Source: Okamejei kenojei (taxonomy: Eukaryota). Taken from it: a DNA stretch of 64,000 nucleotides. Shown piece by piece: positions 23,016-36,951 of this stretch. The first letter of the stretch is position 1; every line of letters begins with the position of its first letter. Below the pieces are notes generated by a model that did not search any database, was not told the DNA's origin, and was given only the letters and a program-made list of their open reading frames with translations. Position numbers and translations under genes: made by a program. The stretch lies in NCBI GenBank assembly GCA_035221665.1, contig CM069134.1:83762001-83826000 (forward strand), given 5' to 3'.

Positions 23016-25679
23016 TTGCTGACTTCAGTTCTATGGATTTAGTGCTGACTGATGTGGAGATTGCCCACTGTGCCATGGGTGAAGTTGGAGACGCTTGATG
23101 TATAGGCAGTATGAGAGACTACTTGTTTCTGACAAAGGAACCTGTAGTTTTCAAAGACAAGGCAATTGATCTTTATCTAGGGTTAGAGTTCCCGGAATTC
23201 GACGAAGATAATTTTTCAAGGAATCTTTGAGAAAATCCCAGAATTGTTTCTATCCTTCTGGTAATCTCAAACTTTAACATTGCTTGGCTTAAGTGTTTGT
23301 TTTGAGGGCCCAGTGATCCAAGCAATATGCCTGCCCATCCAGTTGCTGAATGTAAAGATAGACCCAAATTGATGAAGTAACTCCCTGCCTGAGGTAATCT
23401 GGTCTGGCTGCTGCTCCTCTGCCGACCTTCACGTTAATTGCTCAAAGCTGTACCGGGTGTGCTTTTTTAAAACTCACTCACTGAAACTCACCTTCCTTCA
23501 GCCAGTAGTAGTCATCCTACTAGTTTCACTGTCATCCCGCTTAGTTTCACTGATTGTATCTACTCATCACCTTTTCCACAGCCAACAATGGACCATTGTG
23601 GGCTCTGCCATTCCTTGATCATCGTTGCTGGCTTTGATTTGTTCTTTTCATACCTTTCATTAATTTATTCATTGTACCTTTTGATAACTCTAGTTTCCCT
23701 CTCCCCTGATTCTCAGCCTTAATTAAGGGCCTCGACCCAAAACATCACCTATTCCTTTTCTCCAGAGATGCTGCCTGACCCACTGAATTATTCCAGCATT
23801 TTGTGTCTATATTTGGCAAGTAATAGGTGGATACAAGGGAAGCTTGTATAGGCAGATGGGTGGGCGATTAACTAGGACTAGCCAGATTTAATTGAATTTG
23901 AAAATGCTTGCTAAGTTATTCTACTGGTGTTGATAATCAAAGTTAATATCCGACTGTGCAAGATCATTCCAGACAACAATGAAAAGTTGCCATTTAGTGA
24001 GATCATGGTTGATCATCTGCCATAGTGCAATTTTCCTTATATCCATTATGTCCGTTTAATATCTAGAAATCTCTATCTTGTGCGCAATCAAAGAATGTGC
24101 CTCCTCTGCCCCAATTGTTCATAATGAATGTCCATACTCTTCTTTGAAGATGGCAACCATGGTTTTAAACATCCTGGGTGACTGGAAACATCTGTATCTA
24201 TCATCGTATAACGCTTAACAAGTCGCATAATACTTGGTTTACAATACAGATTGAGGGAACATTTCTGGTTCAGTGGCCGCTCTTTGTACAGTGGAGGCTA
24301 CTCTATATCTGGTGCGGGGAGGGGGTGATTGTGTAGATATCCTGCTGCTGTTGCAGAACCATGCAAGCACAAAGAACAATTTTGTTGCACCTGCTCCAAC
24401 CACTTGAGGCTTGTGCCACACTCAAAGCCACATCAAACTAACCCTCTAAAGCACCTATGCGTCTTTTGTTGGCAACATTTTATTTATCTTTTAAAATGTG
24501 AAATTGGATCTTGCAAACTATATTACTAAGTACAATATTCTGCTTTAGCTCTTCTGGATAAGTGATTCATGTGTTTCTCTGATATCCAAAGCTCCTTGTT
24601 AGGATGTGGATGTGAAACATGTACCCTCTGATTCATTGCTTTCTCATTATCTACCATTAAGTATTGAGTTCGTTTTCATTTTTCTAGCTTGTTAGCATTA
24701 ACTAAATACTTGTTTTTTGCCTATTTGCAGTTGTTAAATTCACTTACCACAAACTACCTCAGTACCTTGGTTCCAAACCTAGCGGGGCATAAGTTAAATA
24801 TAGTTGCCAATAAATCCAGTATGGAATTTGAGGAAAAACTTCCTTCGGCAAAGAATGATGACAATATGAAATTCTGTCAGTGAGGGAGATGAATACCAGA
24901 GATCAATTTCAGGGGGGTGCATGAAGGCAAAAGGAAAGAATAAATGAAGCAAATGGAGGATGTTTAATGTGAAGCACAGACGGTAGAAAGGGTGTTTGTG
25001 GTGCTGAATGATCTTTCTGTGCTGTCAACCCAAGGTAATGTAATATAAATAAAAGTGTGCATTTGTCAACCGCAGAGTGAGGGAATGATGTAACTGTGTG
25101 ACTTTCTCACCACAGAACATTTGGCAATAATCCATTTTCCTGCTAAACTTATTTTGCACTAAATGTAGTTGATTCAAACAGACATAATGGGGCGAATCAT
25201 CTATTAGAATTCACACAGCTTTGTCATACCCTGCAGCCTGCTTCATCCTATTGCATGTCTTGGAGCACAAGTCTCTCGGTTCCAATTTCTGCAATCCACT
25301 TTAGCTTGTTCCATCAGAGTGCATCTGAATATGTCAGAATCGTGGTGGTCTTTGGTGCCCTTGAATGACATTGAAACAAGTGAATGTCCGGGGAAATGTA
25401 AACAAATTACTGCTTGATAAGTAATTCAAATGAACTTTGCTTTCCCTGCACATTTTCCGCATTAATTTTGAACATTAACATCAACATTTTAAATCAGAAA
25501 AACATGGAAAAAATAGTATTATTAAGTGTTGACATAAAATGCTGGAGTAACTCAGCAGGACAGGCATCTCTGGAGAGAAGGAATGGGTGACGTTTCGGGT
25601 CGAGACCCTTCTTGAGTTGTCAGTTCATGTAATGGAAATGTATTTCAAAGTAAGCACATGCCTCTCTCCAACAGGAGAA

Positions 25680-26120
25680 TCTTGGAATGCTGGAGAGTGG
25701 TGGATGCAATCTATCACTGGCACAATCTTCTCCACCATCAAATGTAGCAACATGAGGTCTTTCCTCAAGAAGGCAGCATCTATCAAGAATCCCCACCATG
25801 CTCTCTTCTTGCTGCTACCATCAGGCAGGAGGTACAGAAGCCTGAAATTTCACACCACCAAGTTCAGGAACAGCTACTTTCCTACAATCACAGGTGTTTG
25901 TACAACTCTAATCCTACCTCGCTAATCAAATAGTGCAGACCAGCTCTTATACTACCATGGACTTGTTTTCTAATTATGTTTTGCAGTAATGTGGTGTTTT
26001 TATGAATCATTTGTTTTTTGTACATTGACTGAGTCTATATGCATATGATGCTGCTGTAAGCAAGCTTTTCATTGTACCTGTACCTCACTGTAATTGTGCA
26101 CAAGACAATAAACTCAAAAT
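25680..26120 (+). mobile_element. old Rex1-type LINE 3' fragment
   Basis: LKKAASIKNPHH..LLPSGRRYRSLK..KFRNSYFP, followed by a gacaataaac tail. Confidence 0.7.
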
Positions 26121-26309
26121 TGATAGTCTGAGCATGAGATGCCTTCAATGTAATATGTGCCCTAGTTTGTCACTTTTGGGGAAGACTGCTATCCAAGGAA
26201 GTGGTCTGACACCATTTGTTTGTGCAGCTGTTGATGAGTTCAGGCATGTATTCCAGTCTAATGCTGAATATTACAACCACTGAACTCTATGCATTCAAAG
26301 TCATGTAGA

Positions 26310-26605
26310 TACAGCAAGAATATGCCCTTCAGTTCTTGCTGTCAAGCATTATTTACACTAATTGTACCCTAACCCATTTTATTCCCCTATATTCCCATCA
26401 ACCCTGGAATTTTACCATTTACTTTCACACAAGGGCCAATTTACATTGGCCAATTAAACTACCCATTTTTTTCAGATGTGGAAGGAAACTGGAGCATTTA
26501 TGAGAAACCCACGCAGTCACAGAGATTGTGCAAATGCCATACTGACAGCCCCAGAGATGAGGATCAAACCCAGTTCGCTGGAGCCGTGAGGCAATACCTC
26601 TACTA
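26310..26605 (-). mobile_element. tRNA-derived SINE (HE1/V-SINE-like), degenerate
   Basis: ggaaggaaactggagca..gaaacccacgcagtcacag..ggatcaaaccc is similar to the better copy at 55860-56144. Confidence 0.7.
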
Positions 26606-29600
26606 TGATACATATTTTTTGTAATGTTGCGCAAATCTCTAGTACAGGATTGGTAAGAGCTTGTTGCAATAATATTTTAGCTCGATGGTCATCTTCAGTC
26701 TGTGGTTTTGAGTGTGGTTGTGGTTCTTTATGACATCATTGATGATATCAAGGATTCCATCAATTAACTCCGAGCAATGATGTCTTAGTTGAGCTTCTGA
26801 TGATATACATACATGAGCGATTATGGAATCTTTCAGGAATCACTGGTGGTGACCGTGACACTCAGTTGTTCCAGCTGTCAGCACCTTAACGTGACATAAA
26901 CACTCAGCATAATCCCCTGAAAGGCATCTTTATTTAGATTGGGAAGGTCAGAGAATGAATTGAAGACAGCTTGGTAGCGATTATCCAAGGAGAAAATACA
27001 GAGCATAAATTGTTCCCATTGGATATTCACCTACATGTCATTTTCATGTCAGATGCTGGGCTGGAGCACACAAATGTTGCCTTTTGATGCCATGATAAGC
27101 ATTAAACATTGTTTATTACAACATCATGTGTTAAACTTTGAGTGTTTTGCGCAGCTTTAGACTGAATGGCAGTTCAGATGAAGAATAGGAAGGATGTTAT
27201 TGTATTTTATATTCTCAGTACCTTTCAGACTTCCAATTTCAACAATGTAGTAAATTAATATTCCACAGATGATTCACAACATTCTTGGGCTTTTTAATAG
27301 TGTAGAGAGCATGGGCCTACTTTTTTCAATGTAAAAATATAGTTCACAGATCTCTTAATAAATTAATACAGTTTTCCACCACCAGTTTATTTGGTCATTG
27401 TCTCACAAACCACCTCATATTCCGCATCGGTAGCTTACAACCCAACAGTCTAAACATTGAATTCCCCAATGTTAGGTAACAAATCCCCTCTCCTTCACCT
27501 TCCACCCACTTGGGTGCACACACATTTCTCCCACTATTCCGCCCTCTTTTCTCCCCTGTCCTTTTCTACCAATATCACTTTGCGCCTTCACATTTCACTC
27601 CTTGCCTCATCATATATAATTTGGCTCCATTTCATCTCTAGCCTTTTTCCATTGATCTGCAGATGAAACCCCTCTCACCTCTATCACTTGCCAGGCTTCG
27701 TCCCATGCCCATTTATTTCGCAGCTTTCTTCCCCATGCTACAATCACTGATGAAGAGGCCTGACCCAAAAACATCTATGTCCTCCAGAGATGCTACCTGA
27801 CCCATTGAGTTACTCCAGCACTTTGTATTTTGCTTAAGATTCCAGCATCTGTTGTTCCTTGTTTTTCTCACTCTTGCAGACCACTTCAGTATTTTCTTTT
27901 CCCCAGTCACAGCAAACAATGCCAGCATCCTAGCACTATGAAAAATTAAGTTTGCACTGCCATGCTTGACTCAGTGTTGCAGTTTCGTATTTGAGCAAAT
28001 GATCAGACCATTCGCCTCAGTCATGGACTAAATTGCTAATGCTGATTTCTATGTAATCCATACATAAATAGTAATCCAAGTGTTAATTCTGAACAGTGGA
28101 AGGTTCACATCATTGTCTTAGCTTAATGTGGCTAGACATACCCAATTAACACCCAATTTTTGCACACATTTTTACGAACGAACATGTCAAAAATGTTGAA
28201 CATTCATATGCAGACACCTTGCAAATAGAGGTGTTGAGATCACAGGCTTAAACAACAGTCTATTAATCATGCCAGTAAGTCTGCTGCTAATAATACAACT
28301 ATGGCCAAACTGCTTGTGGACCGTTGGTTTGTAATGTTGCCAAATGCCTGAATGGAAAAACATCCCAGCCTCAAATCCATCCAAGTTCCATTAACGAGCC
28401 ATGTGGGTGGGTTTACTGCAGAGTCTTGCAGACATACCTTGGCTCAGCAGTACCAGATCTGCAATGGAGCATTGATCCAGCTCCAAACTCTCACTGTTAT
28501 TTTGGAGTCAGCTCAATCATTCATGCTTGTTGCACAAAATAATATATCTGCAGTGCAGAAATTGAGAGTAGTTTCTTGACCATCCGATAAAACTGGGAGA
28601 GTTTTACTCCAAGAATGATAGTTTGATAGAATGGTTTTTAATTTCTGCTTTGTGTCATGCATACATTTTGTTTGTGGGGTGGGATGGGGTGGGGTGGGGG
28701 GGGGGGGGAGAGAGAGGGGGGGATTTGCTTTGCTGAATCTAAACTCAAGTACTGGCTTTAGTTTCTCATGGAAGTGTCCTCAACATTGCAATACCCACTT
28801 GCCTTGCTTGATGTTAAAAAATGTTGATGGTCTACCCAGCAAGGCAAATGGAGACCGTATTGGACGTTAATCTGTCACCTCTTCCAAAAGCAGTAAAGCA
28901 TCACAAAATCAGAGCCTCTTTTCTCTTAGCTAACTAATTAATGCTTGGAAAAATTGCAATATATATTTACAAGTCATACTAAGCAATTTAAATAAAAATG
29001 ATATGTCAAAATATTAAACCTTTTTCTTTTCTTGAAGTTTTCAGATTACAGGAGCTTGTCAATCTTGCCTGATTTCCTCTGTTGGATGCAACTCCACTGC
29101 CAAGATTTGGAACTAACCTACCACTATGACACACTCTAAAATTCTGCTAATACTTTATCAATGTGAAACATCAACTCTGTTTCTCCTTCCATAGATGCTG
29201 CCGTTTTGAGCATCGCCAGCATTTTCAATTTTTTGGTTATTGTCTTTGGCTTCTGGAGTATTTTACTTTTCCAGCTGTGTTTGAACCTTTCAAATTAGAA
29301 ATACCAATAAAATAACATTTACTTTGCCATAAGACCATACAGAATGTCTGAAAGCAGGTTCTAACCAATTTAGTATCTTTGAAGTTGTTACGTGGGAAAC
29401 ATGGCAGCCATTTTTGAAGAAAGTTCAATGTTCCGCAAACAGCGATGCAATAAAAACAGGTAATTAGTCAGAACAAAAAGTGACTGCTGAAGGAACACAG
29501 CAGGCCAGGCAGCAACTATGGAGGGAAATCTTGGATCAGGACCTTGCTCAGCCTGATCCAGTAGAGGGACAGCTGGTAGAAAGAGATGAGGTGAAGGGGT

Positions 29601-31109
29601 AGGGCAACAGATGGCAAGTGATTGGAGGATCCACGTAACAAGGGTTTGATAGGCAGTTGCGTCAGGTGGGGAAGAATCTACTCATCTAACCCCCACCCCT
29701 TTTCCTTCCACTCCCCCAATCCCATCACCCAGTTCCTTATCCGTCTTCCACCTCCATCCACTCATTTTCCATCCACTGCTTTACCCCCCTCCCGTTTCCC
29801 ATCTACCCACCATTCCTCCCTCTAGTTCTACATTTCACTGCTCACCTTCCTTTCATCAGATTTAACCATTCGCATCGCTTTTGCATTAACTTATCTCCTC
29901 CAGCCTTGATTACTATCTCCACCCTTCTCCATTTCGCGTATCTCCAACTCAACTCATCTGTCAATCAACCCCTCCATACCACCATATATCATTTACCAAC
30001 TCTTTCCCCCTCCCTTTCTTTCATCTCTTTCTACCAGGGTTCACCCCAATACTCGATAGTCTGAAGAAAAGATCCAAAACATCATCTGATCATTTCTCTC
30101 CACAGATGCTGCCCGACCTGCTGAATTCCTCCAGCAGTTTGTTCTTTGCACAAGATTCCAGTATCTGCAGTCTCTTGCATTGAATCATTTAGAACATTAA
30201 GGAAACCGCCCCATTTTTAAATCACCAAATTGGTGCCATGACATCTTTAAAATTCCATGCAGATGGTTTCTCAGTTTAAAAAACATCCACAAATTGGCAC
30301 CACTAACAATGAAGTGCTTTCTTGGTACTGCAGTAGGATTGTCAGCCAGCATGTAATGTCCCTAACAAAGTCAGGATGTTCTGCTGAATATTACTAGCCA
30401 CTGAGCAACAGAAAAGCCACCGATCTATTTTCTCCAGCGATATTACATGACCCGCTGAGTTACTCCAGCATTCTGTGTCTATCTAACAGATCAAGTAGAT
30501 TGACAGAAACTGGAGAAAAAAAGCTGAAACAAAAAAGTGGAGCTATCAATGATATAAGCAGCATCCCATCTTAAAATGGACAGCCTGGTACATATACGTC
30601 ACTTGATAAGTACTATTGAGCCTCATCCCTGGTGGATTAGGTGACTAGAGGTAGAAAGTACCTTAATGCAACAAACATTGCTGTATAGTGACCTAGAAAC
30701 CTGTTGAACAACATTCAACTTTAAATTCATTTTAAAGAGCATATCTGCACTGATATGGTTCAATACTAAACAAAAGCAAAAAAACTGTGGTGGTCTTACA
30801 TAATTGACACTAAATAAAAATGAAGCAGCTCTTGATGGATGGGTTGCAATTTGTACAATGTATCACAACCAAAGCCAGAAAGTTCACAAAACTTGACCCC
30901 AATAAAATCATCTGCAGAGTCCAACTGGACAGGCTGCAGCTAATAAATTGTCAATTTATAGAACAGGATTAATAGACCACTGCAGTGAGCACCAGGAGAA
31001 GGTAGATGGGCTCCGTGGAAAAGTATTGTAATTGATTGGATTGGAACCAGATCTATGGTGCCGGCATCTGCATACAACAGGCCATGCAAAAAAAAACTTT
31101 TTACAGGTA

Positions 31110-31620
31110 AAATATTGACACATTTCAAAGAGGCAGTGTGGTCGCATTACAATAGAAAGGACGTCATTAAACTGGAATGGTTGCAAAAAAGATTTACAAG
31201 CATGCAACTGGGTCTGAAGGGTTTGAGTTATAAGGACAGGATAGATAGGCTTTTTTTCCCTGGAGTTCAGGGGTATCTTAAAGTGTTTACAGAAGGGTAA
31301 CCTTACAGAACCTTGATGAGAGGCATAGATGAGGTGAATAGCCGTAGTCTTTCTCCCGGGCTAGGGGAGTCTAAAACAAGAGGGCATATGTTTAAGATGA
31401 GAGAAGAAACATTTAAAAGGAACCTGAGGGACAACTATTTCACACAGACGGTGGTATATACATGGAATGATCTGGCAAAGAAAGTGTTAGAGTCAGATAC
31501 AAATACAACTTTAAAAAGTCACTTGGCAGGTACTTGGTAGGATAGGTTTGGAGGAATATGGGTTCAAGCACAGGCAAGTGGGAGTAGCTCATGGGATAAC
31601 CTATTTCCATGCTGTATAGC
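31110..31620 (+). mobile_element. older CR1 3' fragment
   Basis: RKDVIKLEWLQKRFT and KTRGHMFKMR..YFTQTVVYTWNDL. Confidence 0.8.
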
Positions 31621-31955
31621 CCTCTCGTCCCTTGTCCCTAACTATCATGGATAACAGCACCAACTGCCTCAGTAAGTGAATATGGATGATGCTCCTTACT
31701 TCTATAATGTTTACAGAGCCTCTTTTATTGAATTAATTTAGAGAATGCTGACAAGTTTCCTTGAGAAGGTGCTGGTGAGCCAGGATTTTAAATTGCAGCT
31801 GCTGGTGAAGGAGAGGAAATGCCAAGAAATAGACCCAGCAGCAATGAAGAAACAGTATTATATTTTTACATGTCAATAATATGTTAGATTGAATGGGAAC
31901 TTGCAGATGATGGCATTCCCTTGCACCTTCTGCCTTTGTTTTTATTGGTGGTACA

Positions 31956-32311
31956 CAGGGGTGGAAACCCCAGGGGGGGAAGAGGGGACACATCCCCCCC
32001 ATGTTTTGAGAGGTGGGGGACATCCCCCCAAATTTTTTTCATCCGGATTTAAAAATCTCCGCTTTCCGCGAGACAGTGGAGGTGCGACTGCTGATCGAGG
32101 GCGCCGATTGGACGAGAGAGACGTCGGTCAACAGGCGATGGGGGCGGGACATGATGATTCAGCGCGATGATTGGAGGAGGGGGGGGGGGGTGGGACTGAG
32201 GATAGAGTGCGGTGATTGGAGGAGGGAGACATGGCACATACCTGCGCCTCGCCCGCAGCCAGGATCGATCCAGTCTGAGAAGGGTCCGGTCTATCAGGCT
32301 GCTGCACTGTT

Positions 32312-32345
<34 letters not shown>

Positions 32346-32700
32346 CTCCCCACGGTGGCCAGAGACGTCGGCAGTCAGACGGGCGCGGCGCCCCCAGACC
32401 CACAGCCAGCGCAGAGAAGCAGAGCTAAACCCAGCTCAACTCTGCCTGTCCCGCCAGGTGAACCTGCCTGGGCTTGCGGGAAATATGGGCAGCGTGGAGA
32501 GGCAGCGCTGGCGTCCCATCAGTCCAGACAGGGCTGTAGTTAACCTGGCCAGACAGGCAGAGTTGAGCTGCATTTAGCGCTGGATTGAGCCTCCAAAGCC
32601 TCGCGCATGTGTGTGTGAGTGTGCGCATGCGCGCGCGGCCACCAAAAAAAATTGTGTCCCCCCTGTCCCCCGCATATTTTGATAGCGAGTTCCGTGACTG
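31956..32700 (+). mobile_element. non-autonomous hAT element, copy A (745 bp)
   Basis: Perfect 8-bp TSD gtggtaca at 31948-31955 and 32701-32708; imperfect TIRs caggggtggaaac / gagttccgtgactg. Strand is arbitrary. Confidence 0.85.
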
Positions 32701-33338
32701 GTGGTACAGGTCACTGCTTTTGGAAATGTATTTGGGGAGTTGCTGCTGTGCATTTTGTGGCTGGTACTACATACTGCAGCCACTGTGGTGGGGGGAATAA
32801 ATACCTAGTGGTGGATTGAGTGCTAATCAAGCGGTTGTTTTTTTCCTGGATGGTGTTGAGCTTCTTGTGTGTTATTGAAGTTTAAATCATATAAGATTTG
32901 ACTTAAAGATAAGATCCAGGCATGTGAAAATATTTCATGGTCCTCCTGATGTGCTTTGTGGAACAATTTTGGAGAGCTCGGAAGTGTGCCGCTTGCCACA
33001 GACACCCAACATCTGATTTGCAATTATGACCACAATTTTATTTAGCTGCTGCAGTTGAATTTCTGGTCAAAGGTAAGCCCCACAATATTGTTGGCGGGGG
33101 ATTCAGTGATGGCAGCCACTGATGGGGGAAGGGCAAGAAGTTAGACTTCCATGAGTATTTTTGAATGTTGTCAACCTTTTCTTGCTTTGGTAAATTGCTT
33201 CATTTTCTCAGGAGCCTTAAATGGAATTGATTATTGTGTAATCAACAACTCAACATCCCCATCTCTGAGCTAATGATGGAAGGGAAGTCACTAATAAAGT
33301 AGCTGAAGATGGTTGGCCAATGACATTTTCTTGTCTAC

Positions 33339-33690
33339 AACATCGTCTTGTTGGAACTGACAGTGCCGTGAGAGGACTGTCTGGAGGAAGTCCATGAGAG
33401 GAAGATGACCAAGTACGAAGAGCTGGTCTTAGACTGGGAATCAACGGAATGGAGAGGAGAAGATCCATCAAGAACACCACAGAGGCAGTGGAGAAGGACT
33501 CGAGGTGGCTCTGGATCAGGGGAGGAGGTCCATGGGGAGGAGCGAATGCCACCTGAACACAAGTCGTGGTCTGATCAACCACGGCTGGGTCGCCTGGGTG
33601 AGGGTGTCTGATGTTGAAAGACCCGAAACACCCACTGACCCCAGGTTACATCACTGGTGATGTGTTCAGGAGCATCAATAGATGTATTTT
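33339..33690 (+). mobile_element. HERO-like (R2-group, restriction-like endonuclease) non-LTR retrotransposon 3' end
   Basis: Reading from 33339 gives NIVLLELTVP*EDCLEEVHERKMTKYEELV, the RLE signature ELTVPWE...RKxxKY; a structured 3' UTR follows. Confidence 0.8.
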
Positions 33691-33737
33691 TTATCAATCA
33701 TGATGACTTCTCATGCTCTGTGTCTGTGTCTTCAAAT

Positions 33738-34373
33738 CAAGAGCGGAACTCGCTATCAAAATATGGAGGGGACAGGGAGGGACACAATTTTTTTGGTGGC
33801 CGCACGTGCATGCGAACACTCATACACACACACACACAAGGCTTCGGAGGCTCAATCCAGCGCTAAATGCAGCTCAACTCTGCCTGTCTCGCCGGGTTAA
33901 CCTACAGCCCTGACTGGAGTGACGGGACACCAGCGCTGCTTCTCCACACTGGCCATATTTCCCGCAAGCCCAGGCAGGTTCACCTGGCGGGACAGGCAGA
34001 GTGAGCTGGGTTTAGCGCTGCTTCTCTGCGCTGGCTGTGGGCCTGGGGGCGCCGTGCCCGTCTGACTCCTGACATCTCTGGACACCCTTGGGTGGTGGGG
34101 GGCACTAGGGTGGGGACCGGACAGCCCCGGGATCGATCCTAGCTGTGGATGAGGCACAGGTCTCGTCTCCCTCCTCCAATCATCGCACTTAATCATCATG
34201 TCCCGCCCCCATTGCCTGCTGCCCGATGTCACTCTCATCCAATCGGCGCCCTCGATCAGCAGTCCCATCTCAACTGTCTCGCAGAAAGCGGAGATTTTAA
34301 AATCCGGAGTACAAAAACTTGGGGGGGGGGGAATATCCCCCATCTCTCAAAACATGGGGGGGATGTGTCCCCT

Positions 34374-34404
<31 letters not shown>

Positions 34405-34427
34405 ACCCCCCGTGTTTTCCGCCCCTG
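33738..34427 (-). mobile_element. non-autonomous hAT element, copy B, inverted relative to copy A
   Basis: Reverse complement of 31956-32700 along its length; has its own TSD cttcaaat (33730-33737) / cttccaat (34428-34435). Confidence 0.85.
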
Positions 34428-36410
34428 CTTCCAATAACCACAACCCATCACTTTTGCATGAGCTGACTCCAAGGATTGGAGTTTTCTCTCACCTTATGGG
34501 CATTTTCTCTAGGTCTCTCTAACCTCACCTCTGGAATTTAACTATTGACTGAGAATTTATGTTGAACTTTATACATAAGGAGGTATTCAAAGTGGCATTT
34601 TACATTGGTGAACAGATTATGGTGAGTGAGTGCTATTTGATAGAACTGTTGGCACTTTCCTATATTTCCCTTATGACAGACAATAATTGGAATTAATTTC
34701 TCTTGTTTCTGATGGATAGGATATGTCTGGGAGATTTTCCACAATGTTGAGTAGATGCCAATCTAATTACTGTATACTGGAACAGATCGTCTGGAAGCAT
34801 AGATAATTCTGAAGCACAAGTTCTCAGTATTGGAGCTGGTTTTGATGTCTGGTACAAAAATAGTCTTTGCAATATCCAGATTTTGTTGTTGTTCCTAGAC
34901 ATAATGTGGAGACAATCAAACTGATACTGATGGTGAAAACCGTACATGAAATCAAGATGGATAATCCATTCAGTTCGAGTTCAAGTTTATTGTCATGTGC
35001 AGATTAAAGGTGATCAATTATCAGTTTACTTTATTGTCAAATGTACTGAGGTACTGTGAAAAGCTTTTTGTTGCGTGCTAACCAGTTAGCAGAAAGACAA
35101 CATATGATTACAATCAATCCAATGAAAAATCTTGCTTGTAGGATCATCACAGGCACATACTGTAGATTTGGACAAGTGAGTCTGTGTCTACAAACCAGAA
35201 CAAATTCCACATAAATTATAGGAAAGTTACACATAAAATTCTAAATGAAACATTGTGCAAAAGAAACGGGACATTATTGCAAAACATAATAAGAAAAGAA
35301 ACAAGCCAAGAACTTAGATGCTGCTGCACCCGCTGAGTTTCTCCAGCTTTTTGTGGAAGCCAAGAACTGATCTGCACAACCTTATAGACGGAGGAAAGCA
35401 ACTGTCCCTGAACTTAGTGGTGTGGGACTTCAGGCTTCTGTAGCTCCTGCCCAATGATAACAGTGAGAAAAGGGCATGGCCCACATAGCAGGATTCCTCT
35501 TAAGGCAGCACCTCGTGCAGATGCTCTCGATGGTGGGGAGACCTGTGCCCAGTGATGCCCTAGGCTGAGTCCACTACTCTCTGCAGCCTCTTGCCTTCCT
35601 ATTTGTTGGAATTGCCATACCAAGCCAAGATGCAACAGTCAGGATACTTTCTACAGTACATCTGTAAAAGTTTGTTGATTTGGAGACTTACTGAATCCCT
35701 TTGAACTTCTAAGAAAGTAGATTTGCTGATTTTCCAGAATTTCTCACTGAAGATTGTTGTAAATGTTTCAGCCATTGCTTTTCTCTGAAACCTTGCTTTG
35801 TGGTCTGTTAATTTACCACATAAAGTCTTGATTTCAGCCCATTTTTTACCAACTGAAAAGATGGCAAGAACTGTAAGAAAGTTGATCTGTAAAGGAAAGC
35901 AGAGAGCACAGTACTGGAATTGTACCAAAAACTAAGAAATATGAAAACATCAGGAAATACAATGTGAAAAAGTGCCAAAGTAGCATAGAAATCTTGAGAT
36001 GTTTCACTGGCCTGGCATGAATTTAATGTAATCTAGACTGGGAAAAAGATTCAAGGGCAAAACCTGCTTCCAATGGTTTATGCCCTTTATATCTGAAAAA
36101 GAAGAAAAAGGCAAGTTTTACGTGAAGATGTGGGGGTATCGGTCGCTTCTTTCTTGTGATATTTTTTTTACAGCAGACATGATGAGATGCTAGGTACTAG
36201 CAGAATTCCTGCCATATCTGAACACTAACAAGCTGTTGGGAAGTATGAAACAAATATGCTTGTTGTAAATGGAGACCTAGAACTGTATTCAGCTGAAGAT
36301 TGGCACAAAATGCTGGAGTAATCCAGTGGGCCAGACAGCACCTCTGGAGAAAATGGATGGGTGATGATGAGTCGGGTTGGGACCCTTCTTCCGGAACATC
36401 AAAACATTTA

Positions 36411-36951
36411 CAGTAAAGATTCAATTGTACCTGCTTTTAAACCCCAATGTAAAATCTGTTTATTTATATACATAAGCTAAGAGGAATAGCGTGGAGTAGA
36501 CACGTGACAGATTTAAAGACATCACAATCTAAATTCCATTAAAATGTACTTAACGCATATCTCTTTCTGGTAATTTGTCCTGTCTCCGATCCTACAGAGG
36601 TGCTCTGAGTACCCAGCTCAAATGATGAGTTGATATTCCAGTGTTTTGAAGACCGAACCCGTATTGGAGAGAGAAATGGACTGCGTTGGCCTAATTGCTG
36701 CAGTTGAAAAGTTAGTGCAGATCCGAGATGATATGGGGCACATATTAGTCAGTCACAACAGAAACAGCTTTAGGGTCGGGGAAATAGTAACTGACCAGGC
36801 AGAAGTATGTGTTAAGTACATTTTAATGGAATTTAGATCCTAATGTCTTTAAATCTGTCACATGTCCACCTTGCACTATTCCTCTTAGCTTACGTACATA
36901 ATTAAACCGATTTCACATAGGGGGTTAAAAGTAGGTATGCAATCTTTACTA
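36411..36951. mobile_element. MITE-like element with ~150-bp inverted arms (possibly Tc1/mariner-derived)
   Basis: 36411-36565 is the reverse complement of ~36800-36951 (for example atctaaattccattaaaatgtacttaac / gttaagtacattttaatggaatttagat). The left end reads TA|CAGT; the right TA is unclear. Confidence 0.7.

Noticed and set aside
32013-32543. 176-aa proline-rich ORF
   Set aside because: Produced by poly-C and GC-rich sequence inside a non-autonomous hAT element.
31956-34427. Single large fold-back transposon with 700-bp TIRs
   Set aside because: Each arm has its own different 8-bp TSD.
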